DNA of 63,752 bases, counting the filler, from Phoronis australis (taxonomy: Eukaryota > Animalia > Phoronida): NCBI GenBank assembly GCA_002633005.1. It is 4 parts of 4 records of this genome, joined end to end, with 100 filler letters (N's around TTAATTAATTAA, not from the genome) between each part and the next. Parts side by side here need not be neighbours in the genome. Positions count along the whole stretch, not along the records: positions 1 to 19,966 come from NMRA01000107.1; 3 more parts are not named here. One strand, written 5' to 3'. The position numbers and the translations under genes are program-made. The notes under the pieces are model-generated. The model had not been told where the DNA came from. It did not search any database and saw only the letters and a program-made list of their open reading frames with translations. Of the stretch, positions 1 through 12,090 are shown one piece after another; within the stretch, counting starts at the first letter, position 1, and each line of letters starts with the position of its first letter.

Positions 1-2352
1 TTATGTTTAAATTTACGAAAACAGCCAAAAAGCTTACCAAACAGGTATTACAGATATTACAGATATTGGTTGAACGATGAGTGCACTGTTTTTGGTCATC
101 TCAAGTCAAATTCTGTTATAAAGTTTATTATATCAACTTCACTAGCTTTATATTCTGTACAATGAGTCATCAAAGCTGCAGTTACCAACAAAAGAAACAT
201 GCACAGATGATGTGTGGTTTATATTTTGGCAACAGGTGTCACTGCTGCTCCATTTTAGATGCACATACAAAAGCATGAAACGGGCGAAAACTCAAACATT
301 TTAAATGGGGATATTATTAAAATAATGACATTTATTTCGCTTTTGGTGTTTTCAAAAAAAGATGAAGTAGATGAAACTACAGCTCTGAAACACCAGTTTG
401 GAGTTGAGCAAGGTCCTGTCCCTATATAAAGTACAGAATTGCGGTGGCACATGAGTCTACTGAAAGCAGACACTCTGGCAACCAAACACTGCTAATGATT
501 GACAGGTCTACTGTACCAAATACTTTGAAAATAGTTTGAACATTGCAACATTTGAAATACATTGTACATTTCTTTCTGAGTTGAAGGGGCTAACTTCTCT
601 CTTTGATTAACTGGGAGTCTTACTAATCTTACAATGTGGGTGTCCAAACTGGAGAAATTCTGATTGACAGGGCGTCCAAATGATACACTGGGCATCCTTG
701 ACAGAGTGTCCATATTAGTGCTAGGGCGTCCAAATGGACGCCCAGGACGTACGCTGCATGAAGGCCTGAACCACTCCTGTTTCATAATTGTCTTTAATAC
801 TCTTTAGAAAGTAAATTATATCACTTTCAACCTTTTTTACCATGGAGCAGCATTTAGCTTGAAGTCACTGCACCTGCCCAACCCTCGTCAAAAAATTTAC
901 TGAATTGCACCGGCGGCCCCAGGGAAGACTAATCCACTCAGGATTGGTAGAAACACAGTTTATAGGCAGGTTTCATTTGTCCCTCCCCCTCTGGGCATGA
1001 CCTCTCAAAGTAAACAGTCAAACATACTGTGAAATATTTTTGATAGCGCAAACAAGAGTAGTGAAAAATTGCTTGAAGGAAGCACAACTATTAAAAGGTG
1101 TGTGAGGTCAGTTTCCAAATAATCATGAAAAATGATGAATTGTGCCCAACTTGCGCAACAGTAACAAACGTCAGCCGGAAACCAGTTCCAAATGGACATC
1201 CAAGCCATTTGAAAATCGCTATGCAATGCATACTTATGGTAGTCTGGCACGTGGAAACCTCATATCTCTCCACAGGGCACATGAACAGAGCATTCAACAC
1301 TTTGATTACTTTACGCACTTATTTAGAATCATTTTTGTCAGGGAAATTTTCTAAACTTTTCATATAAGAAAGGAAAAACAACTGTACTCTTATAAGATTT
1401 TTCAACATTCCCTGGCATTACCATGTAGTTTCTTAGGCTGGCCCAAACATGGAGTGGGGGCACAGAAAAATCGTGACGATCTCGAAACCAGACTTCCCGG
1501 CACCTCTGTTTTCGCCTTTCACACTCCCATTGTTAATTTTAGAGCGAAACATCAAGTAAGCCTATCTAAAAACCCTGTTAAAGGGGCAGGTCTGGCCCAA
1601 CTGTCCAGGAACAGAATTCGTCATTGAATAATCATGATGCCTAGATAAAGTGAATAGAACTACTGCAGATTTTCTTATTCCAATGAGAAGTAGACTTTGA
1701 TTAAAAGCCACCTTGCCCAACTTCGACTTACAACTTTTTCCTCGGATACCTAATGCGCGAAATATTATCGAGAGAAATGCCACGTTTCAAGGGGGTGTAT
1801 GGGTGTATGGACTATTTAAGTGTAGGACCTGTTATAGAAATGACCAAAGTTTACTAACAACCCAGTCATAGGCATGTGGTGTTTTACTACATCAGTGAAT
1901 TGACCTTGGGGTGGGGGTTCAGCCAGGTGCCATTGTTTACATAGCACGTCCCCATTCTTGCAATGGCACATCCTTAACTTTGCATTTTGATTCCTGTAGA
2001 CAAAGGAGTCGCACAAGCCCAAACTTTCAGTTTAACTGCCGACATGTCAAGAGACGAACATGTGCACTTCACTTCCAGGTACCACGGAGGTGTCAATATG
2101 AGAGCTCCTTCGAAACAATCTATTTCCCCAGCATGCTGCTAATGTTGAACACTGATAACCCTTCATGACAGATGAGGCCAGCATGCCTGGAGGACATTAT
2201 TGATCAGTCCAAGGAGCTACACTACCTGGTATAGCTCATTGATTCAGTCAGTGTCTGTCAGTCTGCATAAGCTGCAGACCAACAGCCATTGGCACCATGG
2301 TATTATAGGTGTGGCATACACTCAGTCCCACACAGCCAATGGCACCTTGGTA

Positions 2353-2535
2353 TACCGTAATCGTTCGGGTTAACGCCCTGGGCGGTTAAATTGGCGAATC
2401 CAAAAAATCGGGGGAGGGCGGTCAACCGAGCAGTGGGCAGTTAAATCGAAAATCCACCTAAAGTAGGGGATGGGCGGTTAACCGAACATGGGCACTTATT
2501 GCGACAGCCAACCGCCCTGGGCGGTTAATCTTACC
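2353..2535. mobile_element. Left part of a TA|CCGTA-type (Tc1/mariner/pogo-like) MITE
   Basis: TACCGTAATCGTTCGGGTTAACGCCCTGGGCGG followed by repeated GGGCGGTTAA subterminal motifs; similar in style to the element at 32801-34858. No right TIR identified. Confidence 0.5.
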
Positions 2536-2825
2536 TGGCGATCTAAATCCCGACACGACAATCATACTCGGAACGCGTAGCCCTTTTCAAAGAGCTTTAT
2601 CGTCACGTCGCCAAATGACTGTGAAAACGTCATAACAGCGGATGATCCTAACAAAGGTTCTCTTGCCGTCAGATTAGTCATTCACTATTAAATTTACAAA
2701 ATTGCTGAGTAATAGCCCCGTGCCGTCCTGCGGTGCGCAGACGACCAGTCACCACGCAGCCTTCACTAGTAATACATGTAGGTGGGACATACACTCAGTT
2801 CCAAATGCACAGTCATCAGGGTGAG

Positions 2826-4108
2826 TAGACAGTGACCACTGTCTCCACTGGCTCCGCAGTAGAGATAGTGAAGCTCCTATAGGCGCTTCATACGCCGGAG
2901 TATTTTCGGCAAATTATGCCTTGCACTGACTAAAACATCATCGCTATGTTGTTATAAACTCCTTTTGCGCATGGAGGGGCACCTTAGGAGGCCGTCGATG
3001 TATTAAATTCCTGCTAACTTACACAAAAACTCTAGTTATCAAACTTTTTTTTAGTTAATTATCTTATCTTAATTTCTTGCTATGTTGTTATAAACTCCTT
3101 TCAACCCCTCTACTTATATTCGGCTGACGTTAAGCTGCTGGCCTGCAAACGCAACCTCAAGCAGACTGCATCCCAACTGGCTGAGTTCAATGATGGCAGC
3201 CGACTGCTCGAAGCCGGTATTATTTATGGCCATGCTGCGAAAAGTCACAAGAAGAGCCTTGCCCCAGTGCTGTCAAATCAAATGCTTACAGGCGACGTCA
3301 GCCCTGGAGTTCTGCGCCTTCTGCTGTCATGGGGATGGTCTGGGGAGGGGAATAATGCACCAGCATATCCCCAATGATCCTGTCCGTGACAGGTATATTA
3401 CAGGTATAAACTCCTTTTGTGCATGGAGGGGCACCTTAGGAGGCCATCGATGTATTAAATTCCTGCTAACTCAAACAAAAACTCTAGTTATCAAACTTTT
3501 TTAAGTTAATTATCTTGTCTAAATTTCTTTATCTTTTATTTATCATATTTTATTTTTTATATTGCTTCATCCGTCTTTCCATTTCAATTTCTTATTCTTT
3601 GCTTATTACTTAAATTTGTCTTTCATTTTGTAATTCTGTTTGTGTCTTACTATCTGTTTTTTACTGAGGGCCCCCATGGAAAGCAGTGTGAACTGATGGG
3701 GCTACCCTCATTGTAAATATTACATTAATAATAATAAATAGTAAAAATAATAAAGCAGTCCCTCGTTCAGCTCCCAAAATCATTAACTCACCATTTTTAA
3801 CACTTCGTGCACCAGGGGATATGACGTCATACCACCTGGCACGCTCAGTGTTAAAAATGGTGAGTTACCGATTTTGGGAACTGAACGAGGGACTGCTCAA
3901 ATAACGGGAGTATTTGTTCGAGTTGGAAGGAATTACATACACCGAAGGCCTCTTAAGTTGTCCCTTTTTTAGCAAAAAGGTATTTATAACAATGTGACTT
4001 CGATGTTTTAGTCTGAGTGCAAGGTACAACTCGCTGAAAAGCTTCCGGCGTATGAAGCACCTACAGGAGCTCTACCGTCCTACGTGCCATGACAGTGGTC
4101 AGTGTCTA
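2826..4108. mobile_element. Foldback (palindromic) MITE interrupted by insertions
   Basis: Termini TAGACAGTGACCACTGTC / GACAGTGGTCAGTGTCTA are inverted. Arms ~2826-3050 and ~3900-4108 are reverse complements. Near-perfect central hairpin ~3754-3898 centred on ATGACGTCAT. Confidence 0.75.
3540..3753 (+). mobile_element. 3' end of a 5'-truncated non-LTR retroelement (LINE/SINE tail)
   Basis: T-rich stretch, then stem-loop GAGGGCCCCCA...TGGGGCTACCCTC, then an (AAT)n-like tail; lies inside the foldback MITE. Confidence 0.5.
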
Positions 4109-6799
4109 CAGTGTGAGCATAACTCTGACTGCTTACACATTAGGTGACAATAACAAACTATGAACACTATGTTTCTAATCCAAACATGTAATCTCAAATT
4201 TTGTAGGCAAATTATTCATTGCCTATGGCTCAATGACTGCACAACTAATCGACTTAATTAGAGAGCATAATTTGAAAACTGTCAAGCTCCAACTGGCACA
4301 GGCCAATGGCTAGAAAGAAATATAATACCATAAAGACTAAAGATCGTGAACAAAAAAACTGATATCTTTAATCCACATAGACTTCAAAGGATAGTTTTCA
4401 CAAAGACTTTGACATTCTGTACATGTACACCAATAGAGAAAAAGTAATTTTGTCAATATAGCTGCAACATGGAAAATACATCTTGGTGCCAGAATATGAT
4501 AGCGTAGCTAAGGTGAACAGGGTTCTGCATTCTTGTGTGGATTTCAGGACATATAGCGCCTTATTCACCAGTGTGTATATGAAGGCAAATATCAACAAGA
4601 CTATAGATTGTAACTCAGTAAAAGTGTACATTTTCTGAAGTAGAAAGTAGAGTTTGATTTTTGACTTTATATCAATCTACCAATAATTGGGTCACTTGAC
4701 CATGTCTTTTCAGTAAACTTTTACAAAAAGGAAAGGTACACTCATAGCAAAACCACGGATCCAATAAAATGTCATTTTTTTTGATAAGAGGATGTCTCAA
4801 AAAGTTGTTAGATTTTTTAAATACTCAAGAGATTTTGCTTTTTTTGGACATTTGTGCTGAAAGGTCAACAACTGATGTGACTTTTTGAAAATTAGCCAGA
4901 CAAAATGCATGATTGGAGTATGTTGACCAAACTTTGGCATAAAATTGATCGACAAAAGAGAAAATGAACAACTTCAGTGTTCTCCACAACTGAAAACGTG
5001 TCGAACTACGCGAACCCCAACAAACATGCAGACCCAGTCTGATGGCCATGCTTAATAAAAGCTCTGAATTATCGTTTCACAATTTGTGACATTGAGCTTG
5101 CTTCTATTTTTTCAGATTAACATAATTTACAGCTTTCATCAGAACTGTACATAACCAAACAATACTTATTGAACTGAACCCAATCTTGGTTGTTCCAGAT
5201 GAGTGATATTTTCTGCATCACTTAAAACGATGACAAAAATTACCATTTTGATTTGTTACTTTGTGTTTTGTAATAAAAGAATCTGTATATAGTCGGCAAT
5301 TATATCAACCATGGTGAAATCGACAATGTGATTCTCAATAGAACAAATTTTGTTTGTGAAGTACAGTATAGGAAAACCATAAACTAGAAATAAAATAGTT
5401 TCCAAATATACAAGACATTGCCTAAAGTTGACAATTCTTGCATGTGAGTAATAGTATTCAGTTGACAACAATTCATTGACTTTTCATCTCAAAGACAATT
5501 TGTTTCTAATCAATTCATACTTTTGTTTAAAAGGAAAAATAACATTCATCAATCCTAGCAATGACATTGAGTTTCTTTGTTATTATGTATAGACAAACAG
5601 GTCATGTACAATTGATCAAACTAATACTGATTATATATTGACAAACACCTCATGTACAATTGATCAACCTAATACTGCAATGACCATGGATCGATTCTTA
5701 GGGCCTGGAACCAGGATGAAAATTGGCACAATTGTTACCTCATGTCACTTCCTTCTAGACAATCAAACAGCAATGTGTTAGTGAGATCAGCTAACAGGAC
5801 TGGAGGATTTTAGGTAATTGATCACTCGCCCTGCTACACTTGAAAGAGGTCAGTCCCATTGATCAGACCTGAACCTGGACTCAACCACCAGGTCTGTTTA
5901 ATCACAAGGCCCACTGAGCACTTGCCTGCGCCCAACCCCACGATTACAAGTGTCCCCACACTGATAGTGTCGCAACATTGGCAAATTTTTGCTCTGTCAT
6001 TCAGTATAGTCTGTGTGTACACACTGTTTTTGTTATGACAACCTGTATAGCTCCCATTGTCGTACACACATGTAGAAAACACTGGAAATGGGGTTTGATC
6101 ATGAAACGTCAAAATTTGCCAATGAAGCAAAAATGTCCCCTTCATTACATCCCGTCTGTTACACCATGATGGGTCAGTTTTGTGGATTACACCCGAATAG
6201 TAAAAATATGTAACTTTTCTTTAGTAATGTCAATGGAATTCCACAATTTGTGTTCCCTAATACTTCAAAATTTGCATTTCTATATCTTCTGTAACATCTC
6301 ATAAACACAGGTTGATTTTTTTCTGTATCCTCTTGAAACTTCACAGTTAACAACACTTGCTTTACAAAAATTCCAGTTTCAAAATTTGTTAATCTGAAAC
6401 TCACAAATAATCTATTTGTTGAATTTTACCCTCCAATATGTGAAAAATATTGCGGAATCTCATACCAAAAAGTTTTGAGAATAACTATTCTTCCCAGGTT
6501 CATATTTATTTAATTGAGGACATCCGCCTCACTGTAACTAGAGAACACTTATTGTTATGTTTCTTAATATTTTTTCCATGAAATTGTAGTCAGGGATATA
6601 TTCCTGACCAGGTTTGAACCTGTGGTCTTTAGGTGCACCTAATGATAAAAACTGCATTTATTCAAAAAGTACTGCCCAACAGAATAAGTGTAATTAAAGT
6701 GGTAACATATAAAACAGAAACCCCAAGGGCAATCCAAGTAAGAACAGAGTCATATTTTACCCGACTGGCTGTAGAATCTTGCATTTTTGGAAGTATTGC

Positions 6800-7125
6800 G
6801 CACACCAGGGGATATGACATCATAACACCTGCCGTGTGAAGTGTTGAAAATAGCAAGTTACCGACTTTGAGAACTGAACAAGGGACTGCTCAAAGAAAAA
6901 GTTTGATAATGGGAGTGTTTCGTCAAGTTGGAAGGAATTAAAATACATCAACGGCCTCCTAAGGTTTCCCTCTATAGGCAAAAGGTATTTATTATAACAT
7001 GATTTTGATGTTTTAGTCAGTTTGAGGCATAATTCGTCGGAAAGATTCCGGCGTATGAAACTCCTAGAGGAGCTCCACCGTCTCTACTTTGCCAGCTAGA
7101 GACGGTGATCACTGTGTAAGTAGGC
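6800..7125. mobile_element. Half copy of the same foldback MITE family
   Basis: Diverged match to ~3810-4108 (CACCAGGGGATATGAC...GGGACTGCTCAAA...TTCCGGCGTATGAA...GGAGCTC). Confidence 0.7.
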
Positions 7126-7432
7126 TACCACTAAACTATATATGCTTAATTCGCTGTTATTCCTTGAATTTTAAAGTAAGTATCTTTCAACAGGTACGTA
7201 TCACCGCCTCTGGGTCGGGCCACATCAGGGCAAAGGTGGTACAGTTGTCTACCCCATACCAGTATACCCGGGCCCTGGTAAGGCCTAGGCGATAGGCCCC
7301 GGACTGGGGCTAGGGTTAAGCTAGGGCCGGGAAGGGCGGGCGTTCTCAACGACTTCAAATCGTACGTACAGTCCAAAAATCGCCAAAGATTTTCAAAAAA
7401 TACAACGCAAATAATAAGCTGAATATACTCAC

Positions 7433-7530
7433 CCATAAATGATAGCCATTAAATGGAGACTTATCGAAAACAACCAGCCTCCGAACACAAAAACGGCGAA
7501 GCCAAAAACCGAATATTCTATAGCCTCCAT
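7433..7530 (-). CDS. UGCG: Ceramide glucosyltransferase (glucosylceramide synthase), first coding exon
   Basis: Translates MEAIEYSVFGFAVFVFGGWLFSISLHLMAIIYG, matching the UGCG N-terminal signal anchor (H-x-MAIIY). 98 nt, phase-2 GTGAGT donor. No further exons found, so they probably lie left of the window. Confidence 0.8.
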
Positions 7531-9164
7531 TTTCTTGTTCGTGACCTGTTTTGAAAAACTCCCATGATCCTTTGTAAATGACCTAATTTAGAGGGAAATC
7601 CTCGGAATATCCCGATCACATGTACATGTAAGCAGTGAGTGCTTGATTGAGAATGCACAAAAACCTGTTTTCTTATAACGGCTACGTTATCAATAGCATT
7701 TCCCTTAACGCTACAACTGGGGAAAACACGGAAAATAACTGGTTCCTATCTGTTCATATGTCCTGAAAATTCGAAACTACTGACACCTACATGTAGCTGC
7801 TGAACCAGGCCATGCAGAGCCTGACGGCTACAAATTTGGTATCGAAATTAGTTACCGTGTCCCACGACATATCTCTGTCCCTTGCTACGAACAACATCCG
7901 CACCATTTAAGAAGTAACAAGGCCAGATTCCTTTCAATAAACCTTATTGACCACCAACCGCAATAAAATTGGTATCCACTTGTTCATCGAGAAGTGATTT
8001 CTGGCTTTACGGAACAGACCCGTTTTAGCCTAATCATCAATTTCAATAGTTCATTACCTTTTCGGCGGTGGGGGCAACAAACATGATAATTACGACTGGT
8101 CTGGTAATGGAACTACTTAAGTGAATGGTGAGATGCCTTCAACGTCAACACAACATTCATATTATGAAGCTTTTTTCGGCGGCATAAGTTTATACAGTAC
8201 ACGGCACTATTTCGACAAGTCTCAGTGTTTAGTTAATTAACCCAATATCAACAGAATTAGAACTGGGGTACAGGAAAAGCACAGTGGCGTCGCACTATAA
8301 CGTACCTGTCGTTTATAACGTTCGATAGCTCCCTTACTGTTTCTACAATTCGTTTTTTAACGAACACGGATACAGAACTTTATTGTAACACATGCGTGTG
8401 GATGGCATGACCACCAAATATATGTCGCTGTCGAACCGCCGGTCAGCATTGATCGTAATTGTGGTGGTCTTAAAAAGTTCACTGTAATTCTCGTGGAAAA
8501 AAGATGGAAATTTGAAGAAAAAAACTTTCGGAAAAATTTCAACAATTAATTTTAGTGTCATTTTTCATTCAACTTCCTTCCGGATTTTCACCAAGACTTC
8601 CGACAAAAATCGTTAACTCTTGAAATTAGCGTCGATTTTCATCGTCAATTTCGCTTTACGACAAAAATTTACGTGATTGAACATGGTTACACGTCGCTCT
8701 TATTTTGAAACGGCAAAACACGACGAAACTTTACAGTTCACGCATCATGATGTGCTCACGTCACCCACGAGAAAAGATTACTTGGCACTGCACAAATTAG
8801 ACTGTTGCGGATTCATAATCGCGAAACTTGTTACTTTTTCTGGAATTTTAACAAAGGTTTACTGATACTCTGCACTAATTTATGTGTATTTACTTTGAAA
8901 TTATAAGTGTAAATTAAATTCTTAACCGATATAAAATTCAAAACAAAGGTAACCGCTTTACCGCGCCTTATTTTTACTTCAAATTCGGCTGATCTGACTG
9001 AAGCGACCTCAGCTAAAACTTTACCGATATTTACGGAGAGAGTACGTGCGGAGGTCAAAATTTTATGAAGATTTGGAATTTTCTGTTAGTTTGAATCCAC
9101 CAGAAGAGGCAATAAGAGAAAACAGACGTGTTGTTTCGTTAAGCAACTCTTAACGCCATCAACT

Positions 9165-9208
<44 letters not shown>
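9165..9208. repeat. (TA)n(TG)n microsatellite
   Basis: Direct dinucleotide runs. Confidence 0.95.
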
Positions 9209-9212
<4 letters not shown>

Positions 9213-9239
9213 TATTTGCGTCAAAGTCAGGACCTAAAN

Positions 9240-9372
9240 TGCTTATCCTGGAAGCAATCTCTTTGTCTAAGCTGCCATCTTTTGAGATGACGCTCCCCAG
9301 GTATTTGAAGTGCTCTATATTGAGGAGTTGCTTGTTGTCGATGGTAATGACTGGCTCCGGGGGATTGAAATG
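9240..9372 (-). mobile_element. RTE-like LINE reverse transcriptase fragment
   Basis: PPEPVITIDNKQLLNIEHFKYLGSVISKDGSLDKEIASRIS contains the FKYLGS...D-x-EI-xx-RI motif of non-LTR RTs. Confidence 0.7.
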
Positions 9373-9432
9373 ATGAATCACATAACAAACCTGTGCGTGA
9401 TGGTTATATATGTATATATATATATATATATA

Positions 9433-12090
9433 TGTTGCGTTGAAAAGTAAGCTGTTCTTTGCTTTAATTAGTTTGTACAACAAACTTTCGTAGTGTCTAC
9501 ACAAGTGTCTTTCATCAGATGGTAGTTGATATAATAGATCTCCCAGTGTAAGTGGCATCACAAACACATATATATGAGTAAATATATAATAAAACTCTGT
9601 ACAAAACATATCATAATAAAACAGTAGCGGTACTTCGACTATACATTAGTCATCAAAGGCAAACAAATTTAAAAAATCATCAACGCTATCGTGTATGATA
9701 CATGAAACAAGAACAATGACATTAAACACTTAAGGTTGCATACATAAGAGCGCAATTACAGAAGGAATTGTCATGGAAACTAAATTAAACGTACACTGTA
9801 CTATGTANGGAAACTAAATTAAATGTACACTGTACTATGTAACATATTAAAATTTAATAAAATACATAGGTGATACAACTTATGGGCATTATTTATATAA
9901 CGACAAGGTACGATGGAACCCAGTATCTTGAGAATTTATGTAAGGTGTTTCAGTTTTTATTATTAATGCTTCAAGTATTTTCAAACGAAAGAGGTCACGT
10001 TCGAAATACCTGACGATGGTATTATCAACAATATCTGAACGAGAAATTTTCTGTTTGTGGAGTGTTTGGAAGTAATCTTTAATTGATCCATTCTGTAAGT
10101 GCATAGATAACCGGCGAGATAAAGTGCAAGTTGTATAACCAACGTACCTTGAGCAATCAGTGTTTGAACGAATACTTTCGTTGTGGGGACAATTGAACTG
10201 ATAAATCAAGTCAGTTTTGGCTAACACTCGGACAGACTTTGAGCACATATTGTTTTTAACAACAAGATCTTTAGTTTTGTGGTTTTGGTAATATATAATT
10301 AATTTAAAGCTGTCTTCTGGCTTGACGGTCTTAACATTATTATGGATGATCCGTTTTAAAACTCGTTCATCTTCAATATAACGTGAATGGAATTGGTTGC
10401 GGTAGATTAGTTTTTTGGTACAACTACTTGCTTGTTTTAAACAGATAGGCTTCTGCAACTGGCTTATGAAAAGCTTCACATTCTCATCAACAAACTTATT
10501 GCTGTAACCGTTATTTATCATAATTTGCTTAATGCGACTACACTCGGTGTTGAAGGTTTTCCAGTCTGAGCAAACGGAATATGCTCTTTTCAAAAAGCTT
10601 GTCAAAACAGAGAGTTTATATCTCTGAGGACATTGGCTAGTTTCATGTAAACAAACCCCATCATATGTAGGTTTCCGGTATACTGAGGTTTTAATGCCAG
10701 ATTCATCATAATCAATAAGCACGTCTAAGAACGGTAGCTTGTTGTTAACTGGTAATTCATGCGTGAATTTTAATACAAAATTTTGCTCTAAAGAGAGTTT
10801 GATCTCTATCAGCTTATCATGGTTGACAATCAAAAAGATATCATCAACATACATGTACCTGCAGTACATGTTCGGCTTTTCCTGAAGACTATCAATAACC
10901 TTAGCTTCAATGTTGCACATGTAAAAATAAGCAACAGTTGGTCCAAGAGGTGATCCCATGGATACACCATTGGTTTGCAAATACAGTTTGCCATCGATGT
11001 TCCTAAAAGGTACTTTTGTAGTGCAAAGTAACAACAAATCTCGAATTACCTCTTTAGGAATACTGGGAGGAGCCATTGATACATGGTTGTACATAGAAGA
11101 TATTATTATTTCTACAGTTTCAACAACGGGGACGTTTGTAAATAAACTTTCAACGTCATGAGATACAGGATAGGAATTTGGTGTTGCATCAATAGATCTC
11201 AATTAATCTAAAAATTCATCACGAGATTTCACATTGTACTTATAGGGTAGGTATTGTTTAATAAGTTTATCTAATGTTTTAGAAATTTCATAGGTAGGGG
11301 TTAACACTTGAGAAATGTTGGGTCTTAGTGGGTACCCTTGCTTGTGTGTTTTAGGGTTACCGTACAAGTATCCTTCTGAAAAATCACCCTCAACAATTTT
11401 GAAATACTGTTTATGAACATTAGCTAGTTTAATTAAACGGTTTAACTCTTTCTTAAGATTATTTATGGGGTTACGATTTATACTCTAAAACTTTGACTTG
11501 TCAGTGATGATATTATTCAGCTTCTCTTTGTACTCATTCTTATTCATTATGACGTACGCAGTTGTCTTATCGGACTTCCTAATAACGATGTCATCATTGT
11601 CCCTCAGTTGCTTGGCGGCAATACGAAGTTCTTTTGTTAATATTCTTGTGGAATTTCTTGAATTGGATCTGTTCTTTGTTCCTTCTGCCTTGAGCTGGTC
11701 TTTAATATTTGTATTAACATTGACAAAGCCATCTCTCTCAAGGTTTTCAATATCTTGGTAAAGTTTTTCAAGTTCAACACGTTTTTTGTACAAATCAAAT
11801 CGAGGTTTAAGGTGTACATTCATTCAATGACAAAAAATTATGTTCATCTTCTGTAAGTTGATAATCAGACAAGTTCATGTATGTTTTCCGCTCTTGCGGT
11901 GTAACTATAGCAGCTTTATATAAATTTTCTAGTTTTTTCATGATCGTGTTTGTAGACTTCATCTGCTCTTTATCAACATAGGAGTGGATATGTTGCAAAA
12001 TTTCATGCATCAAATGACCTTTTTGCGTTTCAATTCTCTCCAATTCATGCTTGACTGTTTTGATTTGAATAGTCAAACTGCTAATATATA
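9433..12090 (-). mobile_element. Penelope-like retroelement (RT + C-terminal GIY-YIG), disrupted, with 3' pLTR-like extension
   Basis: RT motifs LYGNPKTHK, PLRP, DVESLFTNVP, GVSMGSPLGP, YVDDIF, LPFLDV, VYRKPT. GIY-YIG motifs LIYQFNCP...YVGYT...LSRRL...ILEALII. Frameshift near 11820, in-frame stops at 11485 and 11203. A second ORF start (ATG 9558, MPLTLGDLL...KLIKAKNSLLFNAT) follows the 3' end and runs into (TA)n. Confidence 0.92.
9889..11202 (-). pseudogene. PLE RT-GIY-YIG ORF remnant (437 aa open segment)
   Basis: Longest open part of the PLE ORF; bounded upstream by a TAA; catalytic motif carries a 2-residue duplication (RYMYVDD). Confidence 0.85.

Noticed and set aside
9484-9520. Minus-strand CTGATGA...CGAAA as a hammerhead
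   Set aside because: The sequence between the boxes cannot close stem II next to both; it is explained as coding sequence of the PLE N-terminus.
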